Source: Octopus sinensis
Taxonomy: Eukaryota
Assembly: GCF_006345805.1 (NCBI RefSeq)
Contig: NC_043008.1
Coordinates: forward strand, 16,430,001 to 16,494,000
Length of the DNA: 64,000 bases
Direction of reading: 5' to 3'
This document shows positions 39,038-53,775 of this stretch, one piece after another. The translations under genes and the position numbers were made by a program. Positions within the stretch are counted from its first letter, which is position 1. Every line of letters begins with the position of its first letter. The notes beneath the pieces are model-generated. The model searched no databases. It saw only the letters and a program-made list of their open reading frames with translations, and was not told the DNA's origin.

Positions 39038-39718
39038 CCGGTTTCTAACCTAGATCCATGAATGTATGTATGTATGTATGTATATATGTATGTATATATG
39101 TATGTATGCATGTATCTTTGTATGTATAAGAAAAATAGAATGACGAACATAAATATATAACTTGACGAATATCCAGAGTTAGAATGAATATTGAGCAGAA
39201 TAAAATCAGCGATTGAAACAGAGAACGATAGAGAAAGAGAGAGACAGAGAGAGAGAAGGGAGAGAAAAAGAGAGTGACAAAGGGAGAGGTGGAGAGATAG
39301 AGAAATTGAGATGGAGACTCGCTCTTAAAAATAGAAAACAGATAATATTATTCAAAATTTCAGCTACGATACACGGAAAAGTAAAATCGACTTTTATTTT
39401 GCAAGTTGTTTTTTACAGTTTCAACTGACGTTTATGACTCAGAATGGTTTCGGTTTTATCGCCATTTTCCTCCATCTTCAAACTGCTTGATTCCCTACAT
39501 GCGGAGTTATTACTTTGGTACCCATCTCTCCCTCAGTCACCCATCATTTCGTATAATATCCTGCATCTTATTAACTTAATTTAGTCAGTTAGACAGTGGC
39601 ACCAATCAGTCGAGAGTCGTTGGATGACTCATATCGGATATGCATTAGATGTAATGTCAAAGTTGAGATACACAACATTCATATACATCTGTGTGTGTGT
39701 GTGTATGTGTGTGTATTT

Positions 39719-39761
<43 letters not shown>

Positions 39762-39998
39762 CACGACTGAATTCTGCTCAGTATCCGTATAACAATTTTC
39801 TAAATTCTATTCACGGGACAATGATCAAACGCGGTTACTGCAATAAGAACTCTTACTAGATGACTCTGTCGCAGGATCGAATCCGCGACTATATAGTCAT
39901 GAAATGGAATTCATAAACATAGAATACATAAGCATCTACGTCTGTATATACATACATATATCTATGTGGGTGTGTATGCGTGTGTGTATATGTGTGCG

Positions 39999-40054
<56 letters not shown>

Positions 40055-40059
40055 TGTGC

Positions 40060-40117
<58 letters not shown>

Positions 40118-40318
40118 GTATATGTGTGTGTGTGTTAGGAAAAATGAATAGGAATGGCTTTTTCTGATAATTTTAATAATTAGATGTTTATGAGTTTACA
40201 ATTTTGTGAACTTATAAACATCTAATTATTAAAGTGGAATAAATTTCAGAAAAAGCCATTTCTATTCATTTTTCAAATATCAAATACTGTATGAAAGGCT
40301 TGCTATTTTTATATTTTA

Positions 40319-40394
<76 letters not shown>

Positions 40395-40466
40395 CATATA
40401 AATGTATAATTATATCTTTGCATGAATATATATAAGAATATATACATATATATGTATATATATATA

Positions 40467-40497
<31 letters not shown>

Positions 40498-40507
40498 TAT
40501 ATATATA

Positions 40508-40585
<78 letters not shown>

Positions 40586-40816
40586 ATATATATATAATAG
40601 GGAATATGATTCCAAACCTACAGGGAATAATTCAATTTAGTAAAACTAACACTAAATTGCTACATGGTGAATTTTCTCTAATTTATATATATATATGTGT
40701 GTATGTGTGTATGTGTGTGTGCGTGTGTGTGTATGTATATATGTATATGTATGCGTATATATCTATAATTATGTATATATATAGAGAGAGATAAATACAT
40801 GTACACACACACACAT

Positions 40817-40853
<37 letters not shown>

Positions 40854-42243
40854 CATATATATGTGTGTTTGTGTGTGTGTGTGTTTGTGTGTATTTATGT
40901 ATATAAATCTGAACATCAGAATGGCTTAAAATATGAAAACCTGTTCTCTTCAAATAGGTATTATAGTTGGTTATCTTGCAGCAGTGATAGAGAATGGCTG
41001 TATGTGGCTCATGTCTCTTGAATGTCTTTCTGCTGCCATCTTTGTCTATTACTGATGTTGAACATGTATCTTCCACGTTTGTTTGGGTTTGTCAAAACTA
41101 ATGCGCCTTCGTGACACTTTTTAGCCGCATGTCCATCAGACACCATTTATATATTTAGAATGTTAACCATTCTCTATATATTTTAACCTACCTCTGTTAT
41201 ATAGAGAGGAAAGTGCATGAGAAGTTTGTATAACTAGAGGGAAAGAATTAGTCAGAAAAAGAGAAAGAGAGTTCGAAACTGAATATGAGGTTCATTTTTA
41301 AGTGGAAAGACAGATAAAGATGTATGATACATCATATTTCTATTGCCCGGTCGCATACATAAATTAATATGATTTATTCATAAATTCCGCTACAATTCAT
41401 CGTAAAGTAAAATCGACTTAATTTAACAATGGCTGATACTAAGAGCGTAAAAGCTCCATTTACACTCCCCAACTGCCTTTAACGACTCACACATATATCT
41501 TGCTTATACTGTGCTGTACTATATTCTAGTGTAAACTGATTCTGAACATACACGCTTATGACTTAGATCTACGCATCATCTCTCCTACTATCCTTTAGCT
41601 ATTCTGTATCGCTATCCTATTTTTCCTTATTAACTCAATTTAATAAGTTCAACTGTGGCATCAAGTCCTGTGACGTTAGATGACTCACTCACTATGGATG
41701 TGTGCTTTATAACGTCAAAGTTGAGACACAGTACATTCAGACTCGCCTATAACACACACACACACACACACACGCACAAAGGACGACAACAACAAGTATA
41801 AGAGAAAGAACCCACAAGCGATAATATAAGCATACAATGCATATTCACAGATTCTTACATTATCGTTTCTCCCCCTACACCATTTTCGCAGCATCTACTG
41901 ATCTGGCTTTGTCTCCGTCTGCGTGGAACTCTGCCAAATGCTAGAAAATGTGTATCGATCGGCCACTAATAATTCTAATACCGAAAAGCAAGACCAAAGA
42001 TGAGAGACGATTGAAGGTTTTGTTCGTATTAACAAGGTTATGGATTTACCATAATGGCTTGGAACAACAACAAGAACTGTAGCGCAGTATATAGAAGAAT
42101 AGAAAACAGTAACGCATATTTAGTACAAGCAAAGAAATAACATTTTGTTTTTGTTATGAAAATTTCATAACAGAGATGGGAGGCGTTGTTAATACTAGTC
42201 CTCATTAATTAGTTATAAAAAATACTTCGACAACAAACTAGCT

Positions 42244-42281
42244 TATTATTATCTTTGCTATTATTATTACTATTATTATTA

Positions 42282-42328
<47 letters not shown>

Positions 42329-42597
42329 GCTATTGTTACTATTATTATTATTGTTGTTCTTTTTGTTGTTGTTGCTGTTGACGTTGTAAATATCATCATG
42401 ATCATCATGATCACCATCATCGTCATCATCGTCAGCATCATCATCATCATCATCGTAAACATCATCATCGTAATCATCATCATCGTAATCATCATCATCA
42501 TCATCATCATCGTAATCATCATCATCATCGTGATCATCATCATCGTCATCATCATGATCATGATCATGACCATGATCATCATCATCATCATCATCAC
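42244..42597. repeat. Compound (TTA)n/(TTG)n/(ATC)n microsatellite
   Basis: Direct reading; source of the poly-D/N and poly-M/I ORFs. Confidence 0.95.
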
Positions 42598-42599
42598 TG

Positions 42600-42800
42600 A
42601 GGCGGCAAGCTGGCGGAATCGTTAGGAAACCGGAAAAATAATAACTACTTAGCAACATTTCGTCTGTCCTCATATTCTGAGTTCTAATTCCTCCGAGGAT
42701 GACATTACCCTTTTTCCCCTCGGGGTAGAAAAAAAAAATTAGCATTCTAGGGCTGGGTTCGATGTAATCGAGTTATCTTCCCCACCCCGAAATTGTTGGC
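42600..42800 (+). mobile_element. SINE family B, diverged copy
   Basis: ggcggcaagctggcggaatcgttag...gagttctaattcctccgagg...ggttcgatgtaatcga. Confidence 0.75.
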
Positions 42801-43829
42801 GTAATGGCAAACTTTTACAATCATTATCAATACTCTCATTATCATCATCATTATCCACATCATCAGAGTTACAATCATCATGAAGATCCTCTCAGTAAGC
42901 ATAGAAAAGGCAATAGAGGAATGAATAAGTCATTAGGCCAAAGTTTTAGTGTACCTCTGAGTGTTTTATGCCGACTAGACTTGTAACCTAACTCTATTTG
43001 TGAATTAAGGTAGATATAGTAATGAGAATAAATATATCAATAACGATCGAGATTCGATGTCGTACTCTGTTGTGAGTTCGCATGTGACTTTGTAGAGTGT
43101 TGTTATTAAGTGGACGATAGAGATGGAATATTTCGTGTCACTTAGGTGAAAGGCCAGTAGTGAGGCTTAGGTTTCGCCATATTGTTATATTAACGATTTG
43201 TTGTCGCCAGGAGACATCTACAATTAGTGTGACTCGAAGTATTTTTGAGCTTTTGAGAGAGATAGACTTTTGTGTTGCTCCTGTTTTAAGAGGATTAGGT
43301 GCAATAATACATTCTTCAAATATGTAGTGACTGCTTATTTTTCTATAACTTCGAGAGTGAGAGCAATGGCATGACCATGTTCAGGTATGTTTGCGAGATC
43401 TCTGTTTTATGCAGTTGTGCAGATTTAGTGTTGTCTGGATGTAAGTGATTATATTTTCGCGAAGAAAAGTATATACGAAATGTGGAATTATCTGCGCCTG
43501 TATGAACGTGGTTATATCCACCATAATGTGGTTCTCAAATAGCCATGCATTCACAATTACGTGTAAATTTTTATTCATATATATTGTGTAGTCAAGCAAT
43601 TTCCCCTAGGACAAGCCTGAGGATCGGTCATTCGTTTAGATCATTAACATTCAGTCGGGATCCAATATCATCCGGTAAAAAAGAAATGATCATATAACAT
43701 AATTTGATGTGCAAGACCACATCTCAGGTGCAAATCGAACATGGGCAGCTATGAACTATGAGATAAATATTGTTAAAAATCGCAGGGTGATAGCATTCAT
43801 AAGTATACGTATCAGCTATAATATTTGCT

Positions 43830-44225
43830 AGGTGGAGGCGCAATGGCCCAGTGGTTAGGGCAGCGGACTCGCGGTGGTAGGATTGCGGTTTCGATTCCCA
43901 GACCGGGCGTTGTGAGTGTTTATTGAGCGAAAACACCTAAAAAGCTCCACGAGGCTCCGGCAGGAATGGTGGTTATCCCTGCTGTACTCTTTCACCACAA
44001 CTTTCTCTCACTCTTACTTCCTGTTTCTGTTGTACCTGTATTTCAAAGGGCCAGCCTTGTCACTCTCTGTGTCACGCTGAATCTCCCCGAGAACTACGTT
44101 AAGGGTACACGTGTCTGTGGAGTGCTCAGCCACTTACACGTTAATTTCACGAACAGGCTGTTCCGTTGATTTGGATCAACCGGAACCCTCGTCGTAGTAA
44201 CCGACGGAGTGCTTCCATCCACCCC
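43830..44225 (+). mobile_element. SINE family C (tRNA-like head), full length, with a 10-bp TSD
   Basis: A-box tggcccagtggtt and B-box ggtttcgattccc. TSD aatatttgct at 43820-43829 and 44226-44235. Confidence 0.9.
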
Positions 44226-45744
44226 AATATTTGCTTGAATGTATTCATTTAGGATTACACCAAAACTTGATGCGAGGATTGATAGAAGGCAAGAGAGAAA
44301 AATGGAGGGTATGGTTTTGTTGAGCAGCTCCTCATCAACAATCCTTTACTTATGGAAGTGAAACACACGCTTCGAAATCTGCTGACTACATATGAGGTTA
44401 TTTATCTCTCTCACTCATAGATAACTAAGTTACCAAGCCTTCGTATGTTTCCAAATACTTATAGCCACCACAATGAAAAGACTGAAAGCAACATGATTCA
44501 ATGAAGGGATAGATTTATCTCTCAAAAGAAATATTCTAAGGTGACTTTATTTCTAATGATTTTCATTGTGGCATTGAGCTCCTCAGCCCTTTTAAGTTAA
44601 AGCAAATGTTACACAATATTAGAAAATGTAGTGTCACACAACCCTTTTCTTTTCTTTTTTCTTGATGAATTAAAGCTCTGTGGGAGTGGAATTCACGATG
44701 GCAAGGGACAGCTAGAACTGATCATATCGTTGTCGCAGGATACAGGAATGGATAGTGGTCACGATAATTATTGAGATCTGATATTGAAAACGATGGAAAA
44801 TTGTCGAACAGACAAGTATTATGGACACCAGTAATCTAACTTCCCTATCTCCAGTGATGAATATCATATATGCCTGAGAATCGACGAGAAAAAACATAAG
44901 TTGACTTTGAAAGTTAATACACTGTGATAAAAGAATGTTTCAGATAACTTGGGAAGGTAAGGAAGTCAGAGAGGTCTGCATTTAATACAAGCATATTCCA
45001 CAATGCCTTCGCGATGTTATCATCTACACCAACATTTTAAACGGTTTATTGAACAATTGAAGAATTCTGAATCACGGACACCAGAACTAGGGAGACACAC
45101 AAACAAAAAAACCACTGGTAATTCCACATCTACAGTTACACTGACAGAGTTTACGTGAAATAGATGTTTGAAGACAGAGGCATAGGCTCAGTCCAGAAGG
45201 CTTTATTAAGTGCGTGACATTGTATCACCTCGACAACATCTATCAGAGTGTACAGAGCGAAATACACAGCACGTCGTGTATGTATACTCAATGGCAAAAT
45301 TAACAGTATATAATAAGTGTGTAAAACATTGCCCGAAGTGAATGAATATGTGAGAGACTGAAAAGAACGAGAGGTACATCAGCTTCGCAAGAAGCATTGT
45401 GTTAAGAAAGTAATTTATAAATAGACAGTAACTCACAAAATGGCGAGTAAAAGAATCACATACGAGAAGGAGGTGAAAACCTAGACGAAGGTAACACTGG
45501 AAACGCTGAAGCATCAAATTTGAAATTATCTGTCTATAAAAATATGATAAATACATACATACGTAAGCACACATACACACATATGCATACATACACTTAC
45601 ATGCACACAGACTCACACAGACACTTATACATACGTGTATATGTATATACGTATATATGTATATATCTATATCTATATATATATATATACATACACATAC
45701 ATAGATATAGATTTATGAATGTATATATATATAATTTAATATAA

Positions 45745-45789
<45 letters not shown>

Positions 45790-45844
45790 GATATACATAC
45801 ATAGATATAGATTTATGAATTCATATATATATATATATAATTTA

Positions 45845-45892
<48 letters not shown>

Positions 45893-47683
45893 ATACATAC
45901 ATACATAGACATATATGTATATACTTGCATACACACACACACACAAGCGCGTATGTGTTTGCGTGAGTGCGTGTGTAAGCATACATTGATGCATAGTATG
46001 TTTGTTGTATGTATGTGAGGGAGATATTTTGCCAAGTCACCGTGCGCATAATTTGAATCGTTTTAGTAATTTTATCTAGATTTATGTTATATATACTCGT
46101 AAACTCGTTTTAACAATTGGATTATATTTAATAGAATTTCATATTAACACATAATTCTATACGCATTAACTAAATCAGTCCATGTTATTTTATTGCCCAG
46201 ACAATTCGTGTATTTCGACGAAATAATACGGAGTTTACAATAAAATAATAATTTAATTGAGATGTGCATCAAACGTTGAAAAGGATAGTATAAATCGCAT
46301 TGGTGTATCCTATATATATAAAAGGTTGAATCAAATAGTAAAGATATTCAAACGACAAACAAAAACCAGTTATCTAGTTTCAGAAGATCTATAAAAGAAA
46401 TTCAATCTGTATGTGAATATTAGAAAAAAAAATAAACATCGTTGAAACTATAAATCATTAACCAACAGATAAAATGTGTTAATTACACGAAAAAAAAAAA
46501 TTAAACTTAGAAAGGAAAAATAAATGTTTGTTTCAACTTATTAATGGTCGCCTTCAGCCGAATGAGCTAATTTAATTTGCGCTTGTTTTAATACTCGTAT
46601 TTATTTTTTGTACGTCTATACATTACATTATAGATAATGCCCCCGCTTAGGAAAATAAAAGAAAAAGTAACTCTTGAAATGGAAACTAAAGAAATTACGT
46701 ATAAATATATGTGTGTGTGTGTATGTGTGGGCGCATACGCACTCATATGTACATATACATCTGTGCAGATACATATATATATATATGAAGAGAAATAAAG
46801 AGAGAGGGAGGAGTGTATGAGAGAGAGAGAGACGCAGAAATGTGATTGAGAAAGAAATGCAATTTTATATAAGAAATTAACCGGTTCGTTTAATAACACA
46901 ATTTCTGTTTATTTTTCCATAGTATAATTAATACTGTCTGCATTTTAAAAACGCAAGCGTGCAAACGATGTAATGCTTTTATATGGTAAAGAAATTTAAT
47001 TAGACACGGTCTAGCAGATGAAAACTAAACAAGAAATATGTAAGTTTTTAGGTACGTAAAAAAATTAAAAGCAATATCAGTCGATGTTATTTTGACCTGT
47101 TGCTAATATTTTTTTTCTATCTGATAGATATATCTTAATATATTACATTAGTGAAAATATCCATGTTCATTGTTGTTCGTTTTTTTTCCTTCCACACAAA
47201 GAAACCTAAACGGTATTTGTGATATATAACTGTCTTTTTTTTTCTAATTTTTTCCGTTTCTTTTTTATTTTTTTGTTTCATCTTTATGAATAAAAACGCA
47301 CAGAATACATTATTGATAAACAATAAGATATTGATCATCGATACAATATTGATAAACAATATATAATATTCCATTAGAGGTTCAAAGTCAATGTAATTTG
47401 AAGTTTTCATAAATAAATACATCGCCGCATCGTTGGGTGGCTAGAAAATGAAAATAAAATGGTACGCTAAAAATATTCAATAAGCAAAATGCACATCTAA
47501 AGGCAAATGGTAAAGCACGGCCTATGTAACCTAAATTCACTTAATTTGCATATGTATAATATGCTGTCCGGCATATCATGTGATATATATACAATGCTAA
47601 TGGAAATGTGCCATATATAGGTAATTGAGTAGTTGTTTTCTATACATGCATTTCTATATACATACATGCATACATACATACAT

Positions 47684-47714
<31 letters not shown>

Positions 47715-49384
47715 CATATATACATACATACATACATACACACATACAGACGGACAGACATTCATAATTACAAATATATGTATGTATGTATATATATGTG
47801 TGTGTGTATGTGTGTGAGTTTGTATATACACATACAGTTAAATGATATTAGCCCCTTTTATGGGTTTTGTCTTTACTTTCTGGAAAAAAATGATAAAACA
47901 GCCTTCTATATATTTAGGCCCTAATGCCAACAAAAAAGACACGATATCGCACAACAGTGTACCACCATTATTTCCTTTGAGATTTGCGGACTTGTTTTAA
48001 AATTCAGAAGCAATTTGTTTCTCATTCCTTTCCCGTTAATCAATTAAGCACTAATTCACAAGAATGGGTGACAATAGCACTGTCTAAACAATGTCTTCAT
48101 GAGCCATAATATAGTCAAAGAGCAATGTGTGAAAGCAACACAGTCTTAATTACAAGCAAATCTCCAAACGTCTTACTGCAAGAATACAATACACGTTTAG
48201 AACATATGTATGTTAACACATACTAAACAGTGTATATCGCATATTACACTGTATATATCGTACTGTAAATTTTTGTATATATAGCATTTTATTGAATATG
48301 AAAATATCAGTAGACATACAAGCATTCCTATAGTAACCTATTTCCCAGGAATTTAAACTGAATTTATTCAAGTGACATATTTTTGTGATTCTTCACACAA
48401 TTAACATTCGCTCACTTTTGCTTCTGATTACTATTCTCGGTGGAGAAGCTGAATAATTTTAAAGAAGTCTAGATTATTGATTATATTTCTATTAAGGACG
48501 AGACCACAGATGTATAAGGATGGCCAATAAGGTATGATGACATTTCTGAATTGTATTTGAATGCATGAAATAAAGTAAAATTTATATCTCATGTAAACTT
48601 TGTAACCAACTGTAAACTTTAAATAGTAGTAGTAACCGTTTTATAAAAAATAAAACAATTGAAAGAAAAATAAGACAAATGGTATAAAATGTTAAGTCGA
48701 ATAAATCTGTCGGCAAAGTGATGAAATTCGTTCGTAAAACAGTTGTGGCCAATGAAATTAATAGAAAGTTACTGAGTTTCAACGACAAGGTCAATAAATC
48801 TATGAGCATTTCTTCAATGTGAATAATTTAGGATGTCACTAACCAAATAACTTCACATCACCAACGAATCAAAAAAACAAATTCAATAAAATTGCCAATC
48901 AATAAAGCGTGTTTCAATTGATTTCTCCAAGTATGTATGTCTTGGATGGAACATATTCACACCAACACAGCTGACACATGGTCATTTTTGTCCTGCTAGA
49001 GATGGATGGTTGATAGAAGTGTGAAAGAAGTGAATATAGCTGCCCGAGTTAATCTTGATATCTGCAGACGGCAGATACCACGCACACTTACACCTAACAT
49101 TCAATAGTATGGCTAATATATATATATATATATATATATACAAGAGTAAGCACAAAAATGTGCAAGAAGGTGGAAAGAAAGAAATAGTAATGTTAATAGA
49201 GCTGCAAAGACTGTTACTCAGTCTCACTTTCCCGCTCGTCGAACGTGAAACTCTGAGTAACAGTTTTTTGACGTCTTTGCAGCTTTATTAATAAAGAATA
49301 CGTACATACACACATACATATATATATATATATTATATATATATATATATACATACATACATAAATACATACATACATACATAC

Positions 49385-49426
<42 letters not shown>

Positions 49427-49428
<2 letters not shown>

Positions 49429-49816
49429 CGCAGGAGTGGTTGTGTGGTAAGTAGCTTGCTTACCAACCACATGGTTCCGGGTTCAGTCCCACTGCGTGGC
49501 ATCTTGGGCAAGTGTCTTCTGCTATAGCCCCGGGCCGACCAAAGCCTTGTGAGTGGATTTGGTAGACGGAAACTGAAAGAAGCCCGTCGTATATATGTAT
49601 ATATATATATATGTGTGTGTCTGTGTTTGTCCCCCTAGCATTGCTTGACAACCGATGCTGGTGTGTTTACGTCCCCGTCATTTAGCAGTTCGGCAAAAGA
49701 GACCGATAGAATAAGTACTGGGCTTACAAAAAAGAATAAGTCCCAGGGTCGATTTGCTCGACTAAAGGCGGGGCTCCAGCATGGCCGCAGTCAAATGACT
49801 GAAACAAGTAAAAGAG
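49427..49816 (+). mobile_element. SINE family A, full length
   Basis: Head ggcgcaggagtggttgtgtggtaag, B-box-like ggttcagtccc, CORE-like ggcatcttgggcaagtgtctt, tail gactgaaacaagtaaaagag. Confidence 0.92.
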
Positions 49817-50349
49817 TATATATATAGTACTAAATAATCAGACAAGATTATTAACGGGGAAATTTCTTCAATATTATCACGCCGATACGTTAGCAGAGCC
49901 ACATAATCAGAGGCACTACATATGTGCCCTCCGTACACGTTTTCTACTTTTCCTCTTTAATCACTTTTAGAGGAAGTGTAAACGAATGAAGTCAATGTCT
50001 ACATATATGCTTCATGAAATAGCTTACTTACGTTTTAATATTTTACATTCATCTAGCTGACGTGTATAACGGTATCTCTGATTAAAAATCTCCCATTAAT
50101 GAAGAATACGTTGTTCTATGTCACAAAAAAAACGTGTAATGTTACTTCGCCCAAGGGGTACGAATAAAAGACTTAAGGTCACTTATGTGATAAGATAATA
50201 TATATATACATATATATACATATATTTATATATATGTATATATATATTATATATATATAATATATATATATATAATATATATATGTATATATATATGTAT
50301 ATATATATATATATATATATAGATAAATATATAGATATGTATATATATG

Positions 50350-50384
<35 letters not shown>

Positions 50385-50451
50385 GTGTGTGTGTTTGTAT
50401 GTCTTTGCGTCTCTGTGTGCAATGACAGCAAAAAAATCAATACAGATGACA

Positions 50452-50453
50452 AG

Positions 50454-50515
<62 letters not shown>

Positions 50516-50530
50516 CAACAACAATAATCA
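50452..50530. repeat. (AAT)n microsatellite
   Basis: Direct reading. Confidence 0.95.
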
Positions 50531-51103
50531 TACTCGTATGTTAATATATTTTCTGGGTTGATTTACATCTTCTCAAATAATAGATATATTGATCAAGTGA
50601 GATCAGAATAATCTTCCAAATCCCTACCCCACGTCTATTTAAAGAATATGGCACTGCAGAGTCTGAAGTTTCAGATTCCATTTCCATTAATTAGGAATCA
50701 TCTCGCAGTATTCCTAATATTAATTTTCTTCGTTTGTAACATGATCACAGTCTTACCTGTGTATATATAGGTAGACATTATCATACGTACTGGCTTTAAG
50801 TTTAATCTAAAAATAACTTGAAAAAAACTCATAGAGCTAAAAATATATAGTTTAAAAACGAGGGAATTAATGGGTGGAGATAATTAATGCAGTATCACTG
50901 GGATGTGCGTTAATTATATCGCAAATAATCAATTCACTGTTCCGAAAGATGTTGCCTCTGTCATCTTCAATTTTTACTTCAATATTAGTTTGAGCTTTTG
51001 TTCTTTTGGATATATATATATATATATATATATAATGATTTTGTTATTAATTTATTATTTCCTTTTATTTTGTATAGTTTTTTTTTATATTTTTGTGAAA
51101 ACA

Positions 51104-51381
51104 CAGGTGTGGCAGTATTGAACGAATTCTTTTTCCCAATCACGTGGTTCCGAGTGGCGTTCCACTGCCTGGCACCTTGTGGAAGTGTCATCTACTATGC
51201 TCGTAGCCTAGATGAAAGTTGTGTGAGTGAATTTGGTAGACGGAAACTGAAAGAAGTCCGTCGTAAATCTGTGTGTAATTGTGTATGTGGTTGTGTTTAT
51301 GTCTTTTTGTGCCTATATGTTTCTATGTGTGTGTGCGTGACTTTGTGTATGTTCGTGACTTTGTGTGTGATTGTGTATGTA

Positions 51382-51452
<71 letters not shown>

Positions 51453-51657
51453 GCGTGTGTGTGTGTGTGTATGTTTATGTGTTTATGTCTGAGTCAGTGT
51501 TATGTTTGCCTTCTTTCACCGTTCGGAAAACTAGGTAAAACTAACCGAAAGATCAAGTAAAAAGCTTAAGAAGAAAATAAACTTAGAGTTTATTATTCCG
51601 ACTAAAACCCTTCAAGTTGCTAATACATCAAGGCTGCAGTCCAATGACTGGAATTTT
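51104..51657 (+). mobile_element. SINE family A, diverged, with an expanded (GT)n interior
   Basis: gtgagtgaatttggtagacggaaactgaaagaagtccgtcgta and tail gcagtccaatgactggaa. Confidence 0.7.
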
Positions 51658-52244
51658 AAAAATATATAGGATAATTACTCTGATCATAATCATTGTCTGA
51701 TAATCTGATAGTTTCGTGCGATGTTTTCAATGAGCCAAGACATATGCCACTGAGTACTTTCATTGTTGATATTACGTAAGTGTTTATCCTATACGTATGT
51801 ACTTTCTCGCAATATTTGCTCATGTTTTGTCAATAGAATTTCTTATTTTTGTGAATGTTTTCACAGACACCTAAACACATTTTCATGATTGTGAAGCGAG
51901 AGTTCTGCTGCTAAATTCGAAAATCCTTCTCTAAAATGTTTTTGTAAAGCCGTAATGATAGATCATCAACAAACATTTGGACAACATTATTTCTTTCATG
52001 CCTCTTCTCGCAGAATCAATGTTTCTACAACATATCAAAGTAAAAAAACAATTATGAGGACATTTTACGAGATTACATGGTATTTTTAATATTTGCTCTT
52101 ATATAAACATACAATTATTTTTGAAACTTTTTGTTTTGCTTTTACTTTCAAGCTATTATTATTTTTACAAAAACTGATATACATGTTCACTTTCAAAGAA
52201 TATAATCATTGGTTGTTTGATATGTTTGAGAGTTGGTCAAGTCT

Positions 52245-52472
52245 TCTTTTATATTGCCCACAAGGGCTAAACTTACAGGAGACAAACAAGGACAGACAAA
52301 CGGATTAAGTCGATTACATCAACCCCAGTGCGTAACTGGTACTTAAATTATCGCCCGAAATGATGAAAGACAAAGTCTACCTCGGCGGAATTTGAACTCA
52401 GAATACAACGGCAGACGAACTACTGCTAAGCACTTCCCCCAGCGTGATATCGTTTCTGCCAGCTCGCTGTTT
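52245..52472 (-). mobile_element. SINE family B monomer with a 9-bp TSD
   Basis: TSD gtcaagtct at 52236-52244 and 52473-52481. Confidence 0.85.
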
Positions 52473-53555
52473 GTCAAGTCTGTCATATTTGTGTACAATA
52501 ACAGTTGTATTACGTACGTACTACAATCTTTCAAAGAATTCATTTTGCAGATTATCTTATTGTTTTATCTATGTTATGTGTATTTCCAAAATGTGATGTT
52601 TATTGAGTCTGTGTTTTAGTTATCTACACTTCATTTGTGCTTCTTTATAGCTTGGACTTGTAAAACTATGGAATATATATTCAATTCTCGGGAGCTCTTT
52701 GTTTTGTCATCTCACAGGCAGGTATCTGGATTTTGTTTTAGTGATATTTCCAGTGGCCTATATATATGAGTAGACACCGAAGATAACCAATTCTGTACGA
52801 AACTAAATATATCGATAAAAACATATTAATCGTATGGTAGCAGCTGGCGGAATCTTCAGCGCATCGGACCAAATGCTCGACCATGTTGCACCGAAGTTAA
52901 CGTTGTTTTTTCACCCCTCTGCTGTCGATTTTGTAAAGTACCAGTCAACTTTAGTGACGAAGTAATTGACTTTTGCCCGAATATCACAAAAAGCGATGTA
53001 CGTTGAGATCAGCATCAGACTGCTGTTCCATTTAATGCTATTTCATTTGCTTGTACGCCGTAGAAATCGTATAAACGGCCTTACGGATCCGAAAGAAAGC
53101 GTAGTTTCTATATACAATGCATAATGTAACAAAATCCTAAAATAAATGAGGTTAATGCGCTGTAAAATATCAATCCTAATGACATCAAATATCGTGCCTA
53201 GTCTTTATTGATTTATTATCTGAGAAAGCTATAATTTGAGAACAGAAGCTTGTCTTTGATCTCTGGCATCAGTTTTGCCTTCAAATTTTACTTCTCTTCC
53301 AAAGATATGTTTAACTTATGAAATAACGTAAAACAAATAATTTATATGAACTGATATCTAAGCAGTTTTCTTTCGCAAAAAGCGTCAATGAGAAAAGTGT
53401 TTAGCACAAATACATCTCAAATAGGACGCTACGATTAAAGATATATAAAAGATTTCTTCATAAGCGCAGGTTTGATTTAGGTTTAACAAGATCTTTTTGA
53501 TATCACATGGTTTCGGTTTCAGATTCCGTACATATATATATATATATATATATAT

Positions 53556-53588
<33 letters not shown>

Positions 53589-53592
<4 letters not shown>

Positions 53593-53775
53593 TTACTTGT
53601 TTCAATTGTTTGATTTGGCCAGGCTGAAGCACCGCCTTGAAGGGTTTAGTTGAACAAATCGACTTATTTCTCTTAAGGCTAGTAGTTATTCTAACGATTT
53701 CTTTTGCCCGATAGTTAAGTTTCAGGGACGTAAACACACCAAAGCTGTTTGTCCAGGTGTTATAAGGGACACAGA
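53589..53775 (-). mobile_element. SINE family A, 3' half
   Basis: ttttacttgtttca...gcaccgccttgaag...gggacgtaaacacacc. Confidence 0.75.

Noticed and set aside
43834-43910. tRNA-like sequence (also the heads of families A and B)
   Set aside because: A/B boxes are present, but there is no complete cloverleaf and each continues into a SINE body; these are SINE heads, not tRNA genes.
44468-44571. 12-bp inverted repeat ccacaatgaaaa/ttttcattgtgg with an 80-bp spacer
   Set aside because: Short, no TSD, no second copy; compatible with chance.
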